Shown piece by piece: positions 40,892 through 50,751 of a stretch of DNA of 64,000 nt (positions within the stretch are counted from its first letter, which is position 1; each line of letters begins with the position of its first letter). Below the pieces are notes generated by a model that was not told the origin of the DNA, made no database searches, and saw only the letters and a list, made by a program, of their open reading frames with translations. The position numbers and the translations under genes were made by a program. This DNA is from Patescibacteria group bacterium. GTDB lineage: Bacteria > Patescibacteriota > Patescibacteriia > UBA1558 > GWA2-36-10. The stretch is taken from contig JAHJQF010000001.1 of the NCBI GenBank assembly GCA_018819405.1, positions 753,469 through 817,468 of the forward strand, in the 5' to 3' direction.

Positions 40892-41915
40892 CTATCTTAT
40901 CAATTAGTATTATATAATCATTAACTGCGTTTTTTGGGAAGAGGCCTGACAAATTGCGACCCAAGCCAAGGCGCAACTCCTCTTTGGTCAAAATCTTGTC
41001 CAAATACCTATCCATAATCTGCGGATTGCCTTCGCGAACCATCAAAGAAGCATTACGCTTGGCCAAAAAGCTGGCATTTCTCTCCTGATGTGAATGCGGC
41101 ATGGGGATGAGTATCAAAGCTTTTTTTAAGGACGCGGCTTCTGAAATAAGCGACATCCCAGCACGCGATATTATAATATCAGCTTGAGACAAAAGATTGA
41201 CCATGCCCTGTTCTATGAATTTATAAGGAAGATAATTATCAAATTTTAATCTCTGATCCCAATTACTAGCGCCCAAGACATGATGCACTTCATAATACTC
41301 AAGCAGCTTGGGTACAAAAGGGGCTACAAACTTGTTTAGACCACGAGCACCAATTCCTCCGCCAGTAATCACTACTACAGGTTTTTGTCTGGTCTCTGTT
41401 TGATTTTCAATCGTCGGATTGCCAGTCACTACTACTTTGCTGTGCTTAAAATCTTTTTCCTGCTCTTTAAAAATCACACTAATTTTTTTGGCTACTGGCG
41501 CCATGAGTTTGTTGGCCAGACCAACAGTGATATCTTGCTGATGGACAATAACTGGCACTCTCAGCAACCAAGCAGCCCAAGCAACTGGCACGGCCACAAA
41601 ACTACCAGCAGTAAGTATAATATCTGGACGAAACTTTATAATTATTTTTATACTCTGAAAAAATCCTAATTTTATTTTGAAAATATCTACAAAATTCTGC
41701 CAAGAAAAATAGCGTCTAAGCTTACCACTTTTAATGGCTACAAAATCAATATTATGTTTAGCAATTATTTTTCTTTCTGGCCCATTTTCAGTACAGACAA
41801 AAAGATAATCAGCCAAATATTTGTCGGCTACTGCCAAAAGCGGACTGACTGAACCCAGTGTACCACCACCTGCTAATATTATTTTTTTTCTTTTATTTTC
41901 CATTTCTATTGTCAT
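40881..41915 (-). CDS. murG: UDP-GlcNAc:lipid I N-acetylglucosaminyltransferase
   Basis: GGGTLGSVSPLLAVA N-terminal motif and a C-terminal GT-B region. The first ATG coincides with the terminal ATGACAA of a repeat element, so an alternative start at MENKRKK (41903) is possible. Confidence 0.8.
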   Translation of the reverse strand: MTIEMENKRKKIILAGGGTLGSVSPLLAVADKYLADYLFVCTENGPERKIIAKHNIDFVAIKSGKLRRYFSWQNFVDIFKIKLGFFQSIKIIIKFRPDIILTAGSFVAVPVAWAAWLLRVPVIVHQQDITVGLANKLMAPVAKKISVIFKEQEKDFKHSKVVVTGNPTIENQTETRQKPVVVITGGGIGARGLNKFVAPFVPKLLEYYEVHHVLGASNWDQRLKFDNYLPYKFIEQGMVNLLSQADIIISRAGMSLISEAASLKKALILIPMPHSHQERNASFLAKRNASLMVREGNPQIMDRYLDKILTKEELRLGLGRNLSGLFPKNAVNDYIILIDKIVDK

Positions 41916-41990
41916 TCTGAATTTGATTCAGAATCTATATATTTTACTAAGATCCTAAAATAAATTCAGGACGACGAATTGATTTATCAA
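41909..41990. repeat. hairpin repeat element copy 2, overlapping the murG start codon
   Basis: TTGTCATTCTGAAtTTGaTTCAGAATC...AAATAAATTCAGG, with a divergent 3' end. Confidence 0.55.
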
Positions 41991-41991
41991 A

Positions 41992-43146
41992 TCATCTATT
42001 AGTATATTTAGAAATATTTGCCAAAATACCCATAGCCAATAAAGTAACCACTAAGTTGGTGCCACCTAGTGATATAAATGGCAGCGGCACTCCGGTAAGT
42101 GGCATCAGCTTGAGCATGCCAGAAATATTTATAAAAATCTGCAAAGATACCCATATAGTAATACCAATGGCAATTAACTTGGCAAAACTATCATCAGAAT
42201 TTTTGGCAATCTGAAACCCGCGATACATCAATACAGCAAACAATATAATAAGAGCCAGAGTAAATATAAAACCAATTTCTTCGGAAATGACCGCAAAAAT
42301 AGAATCATTGGCCGGCTGAGGTAAGTATGATTTTTGTCTAGATGCACCAAGTCCCAAGCCAAACCATCCACCAGAACCAATGGCGATCAAAGACTGCTTG
42401 ATTTGCCAACCAATACCCTGAGGATCAAGGTCAGGATTTATCCAAGCACTAATTCTACTCATCCTATAAGGAGCAGCCTTGACCATGGCCACAAAAGCCA
42501 AACTAGCAACTGAAATAATTGTCAAAAAATGTTTCCAACTAGCACCAGCTACAAAATACATAGCCAGTGAAGTCAAAGCAATGATACTAAGCGTACCAAT
42601 ATCTGGCTGTTTGATAATCATCAGACTAATAATCAATAAAATAACCACAAAAGGTATAGTAGTAGAAAGATTTTTTATGTCTTTACCCTTTTTACTAAAC
42701 CAGCCAGCCAAAAACATAATCATAAAAAGCTTGACCAACTCAGAAGGCTGAAAAACAAAACCACCCAATCGAATCCATGATTGAGCACTATACTCACCAT
42801 CTAGGCTAGTAAAAAAAACCAAAATTAACAAAAGAAAAGAGCCAAATAACCCCAACCAGGCAATACCCAGATAGCGTTCATATTTTATCCTAATAGCTAT
42901 ATAAAAAAGAAATAACCCTGGCAGCAAACCATGTATAATCTGCTGTTTTACAAATTTATAAGTATCACCATATTTGTAAAAACCCAAAGTAGAAGAAGCT
43001 GATGATAAAAATATCATACCAAAAAATAAAAGTAATCCCACACAAACCAAAAGCACAAAATCAGGCTGGTGATCATGTCCACGATTGGAGAGAAATGGCT
43101 TTATCAGCCAATGTAAAAAATTATTTCTTCTTTTTTTTATCAGCAT
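41992..43146 (-). CDS. ftsW: SEDS-family peptidoglycan glycosyltransferase (FtsW/RodA)
   Basis: About 10 TM segments. C-terminal ...GVPLPFISLGGTNLVVTLLAMGIL. Confidence 0.8.
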   Translation of the reverse strand: MLIKKRRNNFLHWLIKPFLSNRGHDHQPDFVLLVCVGLLLFFGMIFLSSASSTLGFYKYGDTYKFVKQQIIHGLLPGLFLFYIAIRIKYERYLGIAWLGLFGSFLLLILVFFTSLDGEYSAQSWIRLGGFVFQPSELVKLFMIMFLAGWFSKKGKDIKNLSTTIPFVVILLIISLMIIKQPDIGTLSIIALTSLAMYFVAGASWKHFLTIISVASLAFVAMVKAAPYRMSRISAWINPDLDPQGIGWQIKQSLIAIGSGGWFGLGLGASRQKSYLPQPANDSIFAVISEEIGFIFTLALIILFAVLMYRGFQIAKNSDDSFAKLIAIGITIWVSLQIFINISGMLKLMPLTGVPLPFISLGGTNLVVTLLAMGILANISKYTNR

Positions 43147-44533
43147 TTATCAGGCTATCAAATTGTCGAGCCCTATCAAATTCATTGACAAACATATTAA
43201 AACTGGCCGCAGCCGGAGAAAACAATAAAACATTATTGCAAACACTCTTGGTCATAGCCAGTTGATAAGCTTGTTTAAGACTTTTAATATTAAAGACGGC
43301 TCTTTTTTTATTAAAATTTATTTTTTTGAGTTCTTTGATAAGTTTTTGACTGCCGCTACCCTCTAGCAATAACAGAAAATTTACTTGTTTTTTTATTTTC
43401 TTGGCCAAATTTTTATAATCGAGATTTTTGTCTTCACCACCAGCTATTAGTATTACATTTTTATCCTTAAAAGAATCAATAGCCACTATAGTAGCGTCTG
43501 GTGTAGTAGAGGTAGAATCATTATAAACATCTAAATCATTTATGCTAGCCTTATATTCCAAACGATAATCAATCCCCCAAAAATTTCTAACTGCTTTGAT
43601 AATATTTTCATTTTTGATACCCACAATCTTGGCCACTGTGATAGCGGCTAACACATTGGATAGATTATGCTGCCCTGGCAACTTGATATCAGAGACAGGC
43701 ATTACAACTTGCCTTCCCTTTCCTTTGGAAAAACAAATATTGTCCTTATCAATATAAGCGCCCTTAACTTTCTTTTTGAGGGAATAAAAATATACTTTAC
43801 CTGGACAATGTTTTCTAAAAGAATAACTGTGCGGATTGTCAGCATTTAATACTGCCTTATCGTCTTCTAGTTGAAAATTTACTATATTTTGTTTGGCTTT
43901 TTTATAGGCATAAAAATTACCATATCTATCAAGATGATCTACAAGTACATTTGTCACCACAGCAATATGTGGTGAGACTTTGTAATCACCCATCCTCTCC
44001 AAATGCCAACTGGAGAGCTCTACTACAGGCAAGGATTTTACTTTTAGCTTGCCCAAGACCTCAAACATTGGATTGGTGGCAATATTGCCGGTCACTACAT
44101 TAGATTTTATTTCTGTCTTCAAAATCTTGTGTATCAGGCTGGCAGTAGTGGATTTACCACGAGTACCTGTCACACCAATTGATGAGCCTGGATAAAGACC
44201 AAAAAACATCACCGCTTCATTGACAATTGGAATATTATTTTTTCTGGCGGCCAAAAGATAAGGTGAATTAGTGGCCACGCCAGGATTTTGGACTATCAGA
44301 TCTTGATCTTTAAAATCAACAAGATTGTGTCCACCTAATCTATATTTTATATTTAGAGAATTGGGAAATTTTTTAATTTTTTCTAAAGTAGGGCGTAGTT
44401 GACGGGCAGTTTTGATGTCAGTGATAGTTAGTATTGCCTTGTGTTTTAAAAGCCACTTAACCACAGCCAAAGCACCACCGTGAAGACCCAAACCCATTAT
44501 TAATATTTTTTTATCTTTAAATCTTTTTACCAT
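43121..44533 (-). CDS. murD: UDP-N-acetylmuramoylalanine--D-glutamate ligase
   Basis: GLGLHGGALAV Rossmann-like N-terminus and GVTGTRGKSTT P-loop. Confidence 0.8.
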   Translation of the reverse strand: MVKRFKDKKILIMGLGLHGGALAVVKWLLKHKAILTITDIKTARQLRPTLEKIKKFPNSLNIKYRLGGHNLVDFKDQDLIVQNPGVATNSPYLLAARKNNIPIVNEAVMFFGLYPGSSIGVTGTRGKSTTASLIHKILKTEIKSNVVTGNIATNPMFEVLGKLKVKSLPVVELSSWHLERMGDYKVSPHIAVVTNVLVDHLDRYGNFYAYKKAKQNIVNFQLEDDKAVLNADNPHSYSFRKHCPGKVYFYSLKKKVKGAYIDKDNICFSKGKGRQVVMPVSDIKLPGQHNLSNVLAAITVAKIVGIKNENIIKAVRNFWGIDYRLEYKASINDLDVYNDSTSTTPDATIVAIDSFKDKNVILIAGGEDKNLDYKNLAKKIKKQVNFLLLLEGSGSQKLIKELKKINFNKKRAVFNIKSLKQAYQLAMTKSVCNNVLLFSPAAASFNMFVNEFDRARQFDSLINADKKKKK

Positions 44534-45579
44534 AAACTCAAATCAATAACCGCTAAGATAAGACCTAATACGGCAAAAACTCCAGCGATTACCCAAAAAC
44601 GCATAACTACTTTTGTTTCTGGCCAACCTTTGGCTTCAAAATGATGATGAAGAGGGGCTGATAAAAATACTTTTTTCTTGCGGATTTTTTTTGATAATAT
44701 TTGAATAATAACTGACAAGGATTCCAAAAGCAGCAAAAAACCGATAATTGGCAAGAGCAAAGGATATCCGGTCAACATAGCGACTATACCAAGTGCTATC
44801 CCCAAAGACATTGCACCAGTATCGCCCATAAAAAATCTAGCTGGATTTATATTGAACCACAGAAAAGAAAGTAAAGCTCCTGATATCACTCCGCAAAAAG
44901 CTGCCAAATTGTAATCACCTTGGATAAAAGCAATAGTGCCATAAGCAGCAAAAGCTGCCAAAACTATACCACCGGCCAAGCCATCTAAACCATCAGCTTC
45001 ATTGACTGAAAAAGCTGTGGCAACAAGAATAAAAATAAAAAATGGAATAAACCACCAGCCCATTTCAAAAACTCCTAAAAAAGGTACTCTGACAACATCC
45101 CATTCCAATTTGTAATAAAACCACCAGGCACCAAACATAGCAATCAAAGTATAGATAAGCAGACGATGTTTGACGGTCAATCCTCCACCTTTACCTCCAC
45201 CCTGACGAGTGACATTGAACCAATCGTCAACCAAACCCACTAGAGCAGAAGCCACCAAAGCACCCAAAGGCAGATATGTTTCTCGACGGGTCAAAAAATT
45301 GAATGAAGCCAAAATAGAATCTGGCCAAACTTGGGAAATAATAAAAAATACTCCTGCCAAAATCAGCACTGTCATCCAAATCAGCACTCCGCCCATAGTT
45401 GGCGTACCGGCCTTGGTCTGATGCATTTGTGAAAAAATTGGTGTAGCTCCATCTTGACGGATATTTTTGACAAGTTTAAATTTATACAAAAAATGAGTCC
45501 AAGCAGGAGTGAGCATCATCGCTAGAGCAAATGATATAGTAGTTAGTGTCAAAACTTTGATAATGTCTAAAGCGGGCAT
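44527..45579 (-). CDS. mraY: phospho-N-acetylmuramoyl-pentapeptide transferase
   Basis: Polytopic. GLVDDWFNV and ADGLDGLAGG motifs. Confidence 0.85.
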   Translation of the reverse strand: MPALDIIKVLTLTTISFALAMMLTPAWTHFLYKFKLVKNIRQDGATPIFSQMHQTKAGTPTMGGVLIWMTVLILAGVFFIISQVWPDSILASFNFLTRRETYLPLGALVASALVGLVDDWFNVTRQGGGKGGGLTVKHRLLIYTLIAMFGAWWFYYKLEWDVVRVPFLGVFEMGWWFIPFFIFILVATAFSVNEADGLDGLAGGIVLAAFAAYGTIAFIQGDYNLAAFCGVISGALLSFLWFNINPARFFMGDTGAMSLGIALGIVAMLTGYPLLLPIIGFLLLLESLSVIIQILSKKIRKKKVFLSAPLHHHFEAKGWPETKVVMRFWVIAGVFAVLGLILAVIDLSLW

Positions 45580-45599
45580 GATTTATTTTTATTTAAAAA

Positions 45600-45947
45600 T
45601 TATAAAATATTATACAAATAAAAAAATAAAAAACTGTGGCAAATAAAAATGGTAAAAATCAAAAAATAACTCAGAATACGAAAACGGGTCCACAGAAAAA
45701 CTGCTAAAAATATGTTGATAAGAGCCAAGACTAAAAAAATACCCGGGATAATATAAAGCCAATACCAGTAGCCCAAAATATCAATACCAGAATATACATT
45801 GTAGTGCAAAACAGATAGTTGATCTCTGGCCACTTTTCTAAATAAAAACAAACTCCAGTTGGCTAAAATAGACAAAATAGAGACATTTATCAGCCAAAAA
45901 GCTAGTTTGTCTTTATATAAGACCTTAGCCGTACGTAGTATTGCCAT
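45600..45947 (-). CDS. hypothetical membrane protein
   Basis: 115 aa, 3-4 hydrophobic helices. Confidence 0.4.
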   Translation of the reverse strand: MAILRTAKVLYKDKLAFWLINVSILSILANWSLFLFRKVARDQLSVLHYNVYSGIDILGYWYWLYIIPGIFLVLALINIFLAVFLWTRFRILSYFLIFTIFICHSFLFFYLYNIL

Positions 45948-46046
45948 ATAATATATTTATTTTACCACAAAATACTATAAAAAACCACCCCGCTATTTCA
46001 GCAATTATCAACAAAAAAGTCAATATTTTAGATTGTTTATTTATCA

Positions 46047-46075
46047 TTGACAAAATTACTAAAATATGATATAAT
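46047..46075 (+). promoter_or_regulatory. consensus sigma70 promoter (island 2)
   Basis: TTGACA(46047-52), 17 nt (aaattactaaaataTGa), TATAAT(46070-75). Confidence 0.65.
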
Positions 46076-46163
46076 ATTACATTCTGAGCTTAAGTTTTGC
46101 TCGGAACCACCGCTCTCCACTTTGGAGGGCACGCACACTACAACACATTCGAGGAGGAGCCTC

Positions 46164-46835
46164 ATGGCCCAGCGCACGATTATCAAGCCGACCATCGAGA
46201 CCATCACCGATCTCAACCAGATCAAGCACAGCAAGCCCTGGCACATCCATACTCTCGAGAACATCGTCATCCTGCAGCGCCACTGGCCCCACACGGCCAA
46301 CGTCAGCCGGCGCCGGTACATCCGCCTGGCCCGCAAGATCGGTGCCATGATGGACTATCTGCCGCTCGCCTGCGCGATGTCGAGCCCCGAACCCCGCGCC
46401 ATCGAGGCGGCGCTCGCCTTCCAGAACAAGCACACCAAGCGCGTGCCGATCCGGACCGATGACCGCCTGGGTGCCTTGTCCGGCGCCGATCCCGAACTGC
46501 TGGCCCAGATCAAGGCCGGCGCCAAGAGCCTCGGCGTCACCCCCGAGACCTTCATCCTGGAGAGCGTCGAGCTCACCGACCTGCGCAAGCAGCGTGGCAA
46601 CGAAGGCGCCGAAGCGGTTCTGGAGATGGTCGACGGCCACATGGGCAAGACCTTCCTGGTCACCAGCCACGGTGGCTCGCGCCTGGAGCTCACGATCGCA
46701 GCGCTCGTCGGCCGCGATCAGTGTGGCTACCCCTGCCAGATGCCCGAGGGCGCCATCTGCTTCCTCAGCTTCGACGACAAGCAGAACATCAACTTCGAGC
46801 ACTACCTGGTCTTCGACAACCGCCTCCTCCGTTAG
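46164..46835 (+). CDS. histidine phosphatase superfamily (branch 1, PGM/SixA-like) protein, 223 aa, GC-rich foreign composition
   Basis: SD GAGGAGGAG sits 4 nt before ATG 46164. High GC3. Three ordered motifs: ILQRHWPHTAN (RH...N), AMSSPEPRAIEAALA (SSPxxRAxxTA-like) and FLVTSHGGSRLELTIAAL (VSHGG). The track ORF start at 46047 is the promoter TTG and was rejected. Confidence 0.5.
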   Translation: MAQRTIIKPTIETITDLNQIKHSKPWHIHTLENIVILQRHWPHTANVSRRRYIRLARKIGAMMDYLPLACAMSSPEPRAIEAALAFQNKHTKRVPIRTDDRLGALSGADPELLAQIKAGAKSLGVTPETFILESVELTDLRKQRGNEGAEAVLEMVDGHMGKTFLVTSHGGSRLELTIAALVGRDQCGYPCQMPEGAICFLSFDDKQNINFEHYLVFDNRLLR

Positions 46836-46863
46836 CCGCCCCTCATCGGCGGTTGACAAACAA

Positions 46864-46903
46864 GCGGCGGTTCGCAAGTGTGCGAACCGCCGCTCTTTCT
46901 TTT
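46864..46903 (+). terminator. rho-independent terminator (island 2)
   Basis: GCGGCGGTTCGCA-agtg-TGCGAACCGCCGC followed by tctttcttttg. Confidence 0.7.
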
Positions 46904-46986
46904 GCCAATTTTGCCCAAGAGTGTAACGATTGGTGCAAAATTGAGCATCCCGCGAAGCAAAGCAAAGCGGGATTTTTTATTTTTTA
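46899..46986. repeat. repeated terminator-like element, copy A (TTTTGCCCAAGAG..CGATTGG..GCAAAAT.GAGCATCCCGCGAAGC..GCGGGAT + T-run)
   Basis: ~65 nt is ~85% identical to 54421-54486. Ends in an ATCCCGC...GCGGGAT hairpin followed by ttttttatttttt. Confidence 0.6.
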
Positions 46987-47204
46987 GATTTCTTAAATAT
47001 CATAGCTGACAAAATAAAAGCAATGGTAAAAAATATTGCTCCATAAAAACATGGCTTCAAAAATGGATTGGTGATCCCCGGTGTACAGCCAAACTCATTA
47101 TTTTGATCAGCTAACCAAATTTTTAATTCGTAGCCAAAATTTCCCCAAGCAAATAATGTGCCTGCCAGTAGGATGTAAAATTGTGTGATAATTAATTTTT
47201 TCAT
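46977..47204 (-). CDS. small hydrophobic membrane protein (last gene of the PEP-utilizer operon)
   Basis: 75 aa, two hydrophobic helices, directly downstream of 47209..48666. Confidence 0.45.
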   Translation of the reverse strand: MKKLIITQFYILLAGTLFAWGNFGYELKIWLADQNNEFGCTPGITNPFLKPCFYGAIFFTIAFILSAMIFKKSKK

Positions 47205-47208
47205 TTGT

Positions 47209-48666
47209 TTATTTTAATCTTTTTATTATTCCCTGATTTGCGTCTACTTCTACTATATCACCATCCTTAAATACTTTTGTTGCAATTCTGGTGCCTATCA
47301 AACACGGCTTTTTCATTTCCCTGGCAACTATTGCCGCATGGGAAGTAATACCTCCTTGCTCTGTCACAAATGCTGCTGCTCGCTTCATAGCTGGTAATAG
47401 ATTAGGGTCAGTATAAATAGCCACCAAAATATCGCCCTCCTCTACTTTGTCTAAATCCTTGGGACCGTTGACTATTTTAACCACACCAGTCACTTTACCA
47501 AGAAAAGCCGCCTGCCCTTTGAGCTGATCACTGTCCTCTATCTTATCCTTAATAAAATCTTTCCTCAATATATCTAATTCATTTTTTGATAAAATAGATA
47601 ATTTGTCTGCCTCATAATACTGACAAAAAAAATCTTTTCTTTTTAAAATATTTTTATAATCAGACAAATTGCCAAATACTAAATCTTTGATTTCATCTTG
47701 GCCGGAATAATAAAAAGCGAGTTTTGGTATATCTAACTTTTGACTAAACTCCTCAAATAGTAGGTTTATCACATAACAAAAATAATATCTAATTCCTACA
47801 CGATAATTTTTAACATATGAAAAATCCCTAGCTACCGCAAAAGCAAACTTTTGATTTTTTTCCAATACTAATTGTTTTTCCAATTTTTCACGATCTTTTT
47901 TTATATTTAATAAATAGTCTTCATGTTCTTCTAGACTTTTGTCTGGATCTCCTTTGGATAATATTTCCTGAGCCCTTAAGACAAAATCATCTTCAGTCCA
48001 AGATGGCCCAATATATCCAAAGTTTATCCAATTATATTTTTTGGTATGTTTTTTAAATTCTATAGAATTTTTGAGATCTTCTATTTTTGAATATTTAACT
48101 AATAAAGCTATAAACTCTCTTTCTTCTTGCCAAAATATATTGGATTTTTCACTGGTAATCAGTTGATTTAATGTTTTAGAAATTTGATCCTGGCTGATTT
48201 TGTCTTTGAGAATATCTTCCAATCTGCTAGTCAAAAATCCGTGTTCTACATCACTTATTACTGCTACAAAACCTAATTCATTTAATTTTAAATAATTATA
48301 TACAACCTCATCAAACCAAATATTAAAATCGCTGGCTTTTAATTTACTAAAATCTTGTTTTATGATTTTGTCCAAACTACTTATTATTTTCTTACCATAA
48401 AACAAATGCTCATTTACCAAAGCATCTAAATCAAAAGTATTATTGAAGATATTATCAACTAATTTTGAACCCAGATTATTCCAGGCTGGCAAATCAGTAG
48501 CCCAATTGCCATCGCCATTTTCATAATAAACCAATTGATTTTTATAAGCTTTGCCCAGATATTTTTTTAAAATTTCAGAGACTGTAAAATCACGGCAAAT
48601 TGTCCACCAGACAAAATAATTAACTTCCTTTTCTTCAATTATTAATTTGAACTTGTTGTTTTTCAT
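47209..48666 (-). CDS. PEP-utilizing-enzyme mobile (phosphohistidine swivel) domain protein, paralog 1
   Basis: C-terminal ~90 aa: GKVTGVVKIV...GDILVAIYTDPNLLPAMKRAAAFVTEQGGITSHAAIVAREMKKPCLIGT...GDIVEVDANQGIIKRL (PF00391-like, His in TSHAAI). The N-terminal ~390 aa carries no recognised motif. Confidence 0.7.
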   Translation of the reverse strand: MKNNKFKLIIEEKEVNYFVWWTICRDFTVSEILKKYLGKAYKNQLVYYENGDGNWATDLPAWNNLGSKLVDNIFNNTFDLDALVNEHLFYGKKIISSLDKIIKQDFSKLKASDFNIWFDEVVYNYLKLNELGFVAVISDVEHGFLTSRLEDILKDKISQDQISKTLNQLITSEKSNIFWQEEREFIALLVKYSKIEDLKNSIEFKKHTKKYNWINFGYIGPSWTEDDFVLRAQEILSKGDPDKSLEEHEDYLLNIKKDREKLEKQLVLEKNQKFAFAVARDFSYVKNYRVGIRYYFCYVINLLFEEFSQKLDIPKLAFYYSGQDEIKDLVFGNLSDYKNILKRKDFFCQYYEADKLSILSKNELDILRKDFIKDKIEDSDQLKGQAAFLGKVTGVVKIVNGPKDLDKVEEGDILVAIYTDPNLLPAMKRAAAFVTEQGGITSHAAIVAREMKKPCLIGTRIATKVFKDGDIVEVDANQGIIKRLK

Positions 48667-50153
48667 AGTTTTTTAATTATTCCTCGGTCAGCATCCACCT
48701 CTATCATATCTCCGTCTTGTAAAATTTTAGTAGCAATTTTTGTCCCTACTACACAGGGAATATCCAATTCTCGAGAAACTATAGCTGCATGGCATGTAAT
48801 CCCCCCTTCATTAGTGACAATAGCAGTCGCTTTTTTAATTGCTGGCATTAAATCAGGGGTTGTAGCCTGTGATACCAGCACATCACCTTTATTCATTTTT
48901 TTCATATCTTCCATTTTATCTACAATTTTTACCCGCCCTTTTACCCGCCCTGCTTTAGCTGGCATACCTTTTATTTCTGATATATTTTTGTTTATTTTTT
49001 TATCTTCAGGAAACTCAAACAACTTCATTTTTTTGATTGCTGCCTGATCATAGTATTCCTCACGCTCGCCACTTCTATGAACAATCAAAAAATAATTAGC
49101 TATTCTTTTTTGAGCCAATGTTTTCAAATCTTTTTTATTTTCTATTTCATCTGAATAAAGATTCATAACTTCCAGAGTGGACAAGTTTAATCTTTCTCCT
49201 AGCTCTTTATAAATAAAACTAATATTATAACAAGCTTCCTGAAATTCATATTCTCTAATCCACTTATAATAACCAATATCAGCCACTAACTTAAAAATTC
49301 TTTCCTCCTGTTTATTAAGACCCAGTTCCGATACAGCCTTGACAAAATTATTCTGACTATATTCATCATAATTTTTTAGGTAGTCCAATCTTTTGAATAT
49401 ATTTGTGTTTAATTTCTCCAAAATCATATTGATATAATGATCCAAGTCCCAGCCCAACTCTCCAGCAAAATTGTAAGATAAATATCCGTGTTCTTGATGT
49501 ATTTGATTCAATTGATTTTCAAAATTATCCAAAATATCCTTAGCTTCTGCAAAATTTTTATCCTTGGCGATTTTGGCTAGCTCCAAAATTTTTATTTCCA
49601 AGTCTTGTGTCTTCATTTTATCCAATGGGCTAGTCAAATACATAAGATAATCAGCGAACCCGGACGGATTATCCTTGGTTTTATCTTTTAATATATTTTC
49701 CATTTGTTGATAAATAGGTGCCTGGTCAGTATAACCCATTAAAGTCGGCACCGTGCCGTATTTATAAAAATCAACAAACTTATTATCAAATTGGCGGCAA
49801 TAATCTACCAAATCACTTATATTTTTATCAGCCAAATTATTTTGCAAAATATTTTTTGTTAGAATATTCAATTCTTTGGCTTTTTTGTAAGCTGTTTTAA
49901 AAATATTATACAAGAAATCCGAATCTTTTTGCGAGCGCCTAAATAAATCGTCCATAGTACTTATTATCTCTTTCATGGAATAAATATAAGCTGAACGACC
50001 ATTTTGAAAAAAACTTATAGATTTCGTCATTTGATTGTCAGGAAAAACCTCGGTAAAATCTCTGACTGTCCCCAAACCAACTACATACATAAGATTTGGA
50101 GTGTATGGCCTGTCTTTAAAAATATAAATATATTGTTCTCTGTTTTTAGTCAT
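48663..50153 (-). CDS. PEP-utilizing-enzyme mobile domain protein, paralog 2
   Basis: GRVKGRVKIV...[41 protein letters not shown]...GDMIEVDADRGIIKKL. ATGA start/stop overlap with paralog 1. Confidence 0.7.
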   Translation of the reverse strand: MTKNREQYIYIFKDRPYTPNLMYVVGLGTVRDFTEVFPDNQMTKSISFFQNGRSAYIYSMKEIISTMDDLFRRSQKDSDFLYNIFKTAYKKAKELNILTKNILQNNLADKNISDLVDYCRQFDNKFVDFYKYGTVPTLMGYTDQAPIYQQMENILKDKTKDNPSGFADYLMYLTSPLDKMKTQDLEIKILELAKIAKDKNFAEAKDILDNFENQLNQIHQEHGYLSYNFAGELGWDLDHYINMILEKLNTNIFKRLDYLKNYDEYSQNNFVKAVSELGLNKQEERIFKLVADIGYYKWIREYEFQEACYNISFIYKELGERLNLSTLEVMNLYSDEIENKKDLKTLAQKRIANYFLIVHRSGEREEYYDQAAIKKMKLFEFPEDKKINKNISEIKGMPAKAGRVKGRVKIVDKMEDMKKMNKGDVLVSQATTPDLMPAIKKATAIVTNEGGITCHAAIVSRELDIPCVVGTKIATKILQDGDMIEVDADRGIIKKL

Positions 50154-50751
50154 TGAGCAAACTGGTCAAATATTTTCTAAAATCCTTAAAATTTTTATAC
50201 AGATAAGTATGAATACCCAGCTTCTTGGCATTTGGCAGATTAAAATACTGATCATCTACAAAAAATACCTCGTCTGCTTTGACTTTGTATTTTTTCAAGA
50301 CATACTTAAAAGTCTTAGCAGATCCTTTTGATAATTTTAGATCATAAGTGTTTATCAAATCAAAATGTTTTTTGAGCTGATATTTATTTACGACATATTT
50401 GAACTGACCGGTTGTATTTTTAGAAAGAAGTAGTATTTTATATTCCTTATTTTGAAGTGATTTAGCAAAATTAAAAACTGACTTATTGATATGTTGAAAA
50501 GAAAGATGTTTAGATCTAAATATTTTCCAATCTTCTTTCATACCAATTTCTTTGGCGGCTAGCTCAAAGGATTGTCTTTCAGTTATCTTGCCGAGGGATG
50601 CCGGAGTAAAATATTTGTGATAGACAATATCATAGCAAATATCAAAATCTATTTTGTATTTGCGACTAATCCACCGACAAGTTTCCTTGTAGCTGCCGAC
50701 ACTCATCACACCATATAGATCTATAATAATTAGCTTTATTTTTGGTTTCAT
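50146..50751 (-). CDS. HAD-superfamily hydrolase
   Basis: Motif I IIDLYGV (DxYG, haloacid-dehalogenase-like), motif II SKNTT, motif IV FFVDDQ. Confidence 0.55.
   Translation of the reverse strand: MKPKIKLIIIDLYGVMSVGSYKETCRWISRKYKIDFDICYDIVYHKYFTPASLGKITERQSFELAAKEIGMKEDWKIFRSKHLSFQHINKSVFNFAKSLQNKEYKILLLSKNTTGQFKYVVNKYQLKKHFDLINTYDLKLSKGSAKTFKYVLKKYKVKADEVFFVDDQYFNLPNAKKLGIHTYLYKNFKDFRKYLTSLLND

Noticed and set aside
46853-46858. A TTGACA hexamer inside the island-2 terminator region as a possible promoter
   Set aside because: No appropriately spaced -10 element follows. It lies within the GC hairpin.
46037-46987. Multiple long ORFs on both strands inside island 2 (e.g. 46077..46877 -, 46097..46462 +, 46355..46693 -, 46459..46926 +, 46721..46987 +)
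   Set aside because: These are expected artefacts of ~60% GC sequence with few stop codons. Only the + strand frame starting at 46164 has a consensus promoter, a strong SD, recognisable protein motifs and a downstream terminator.
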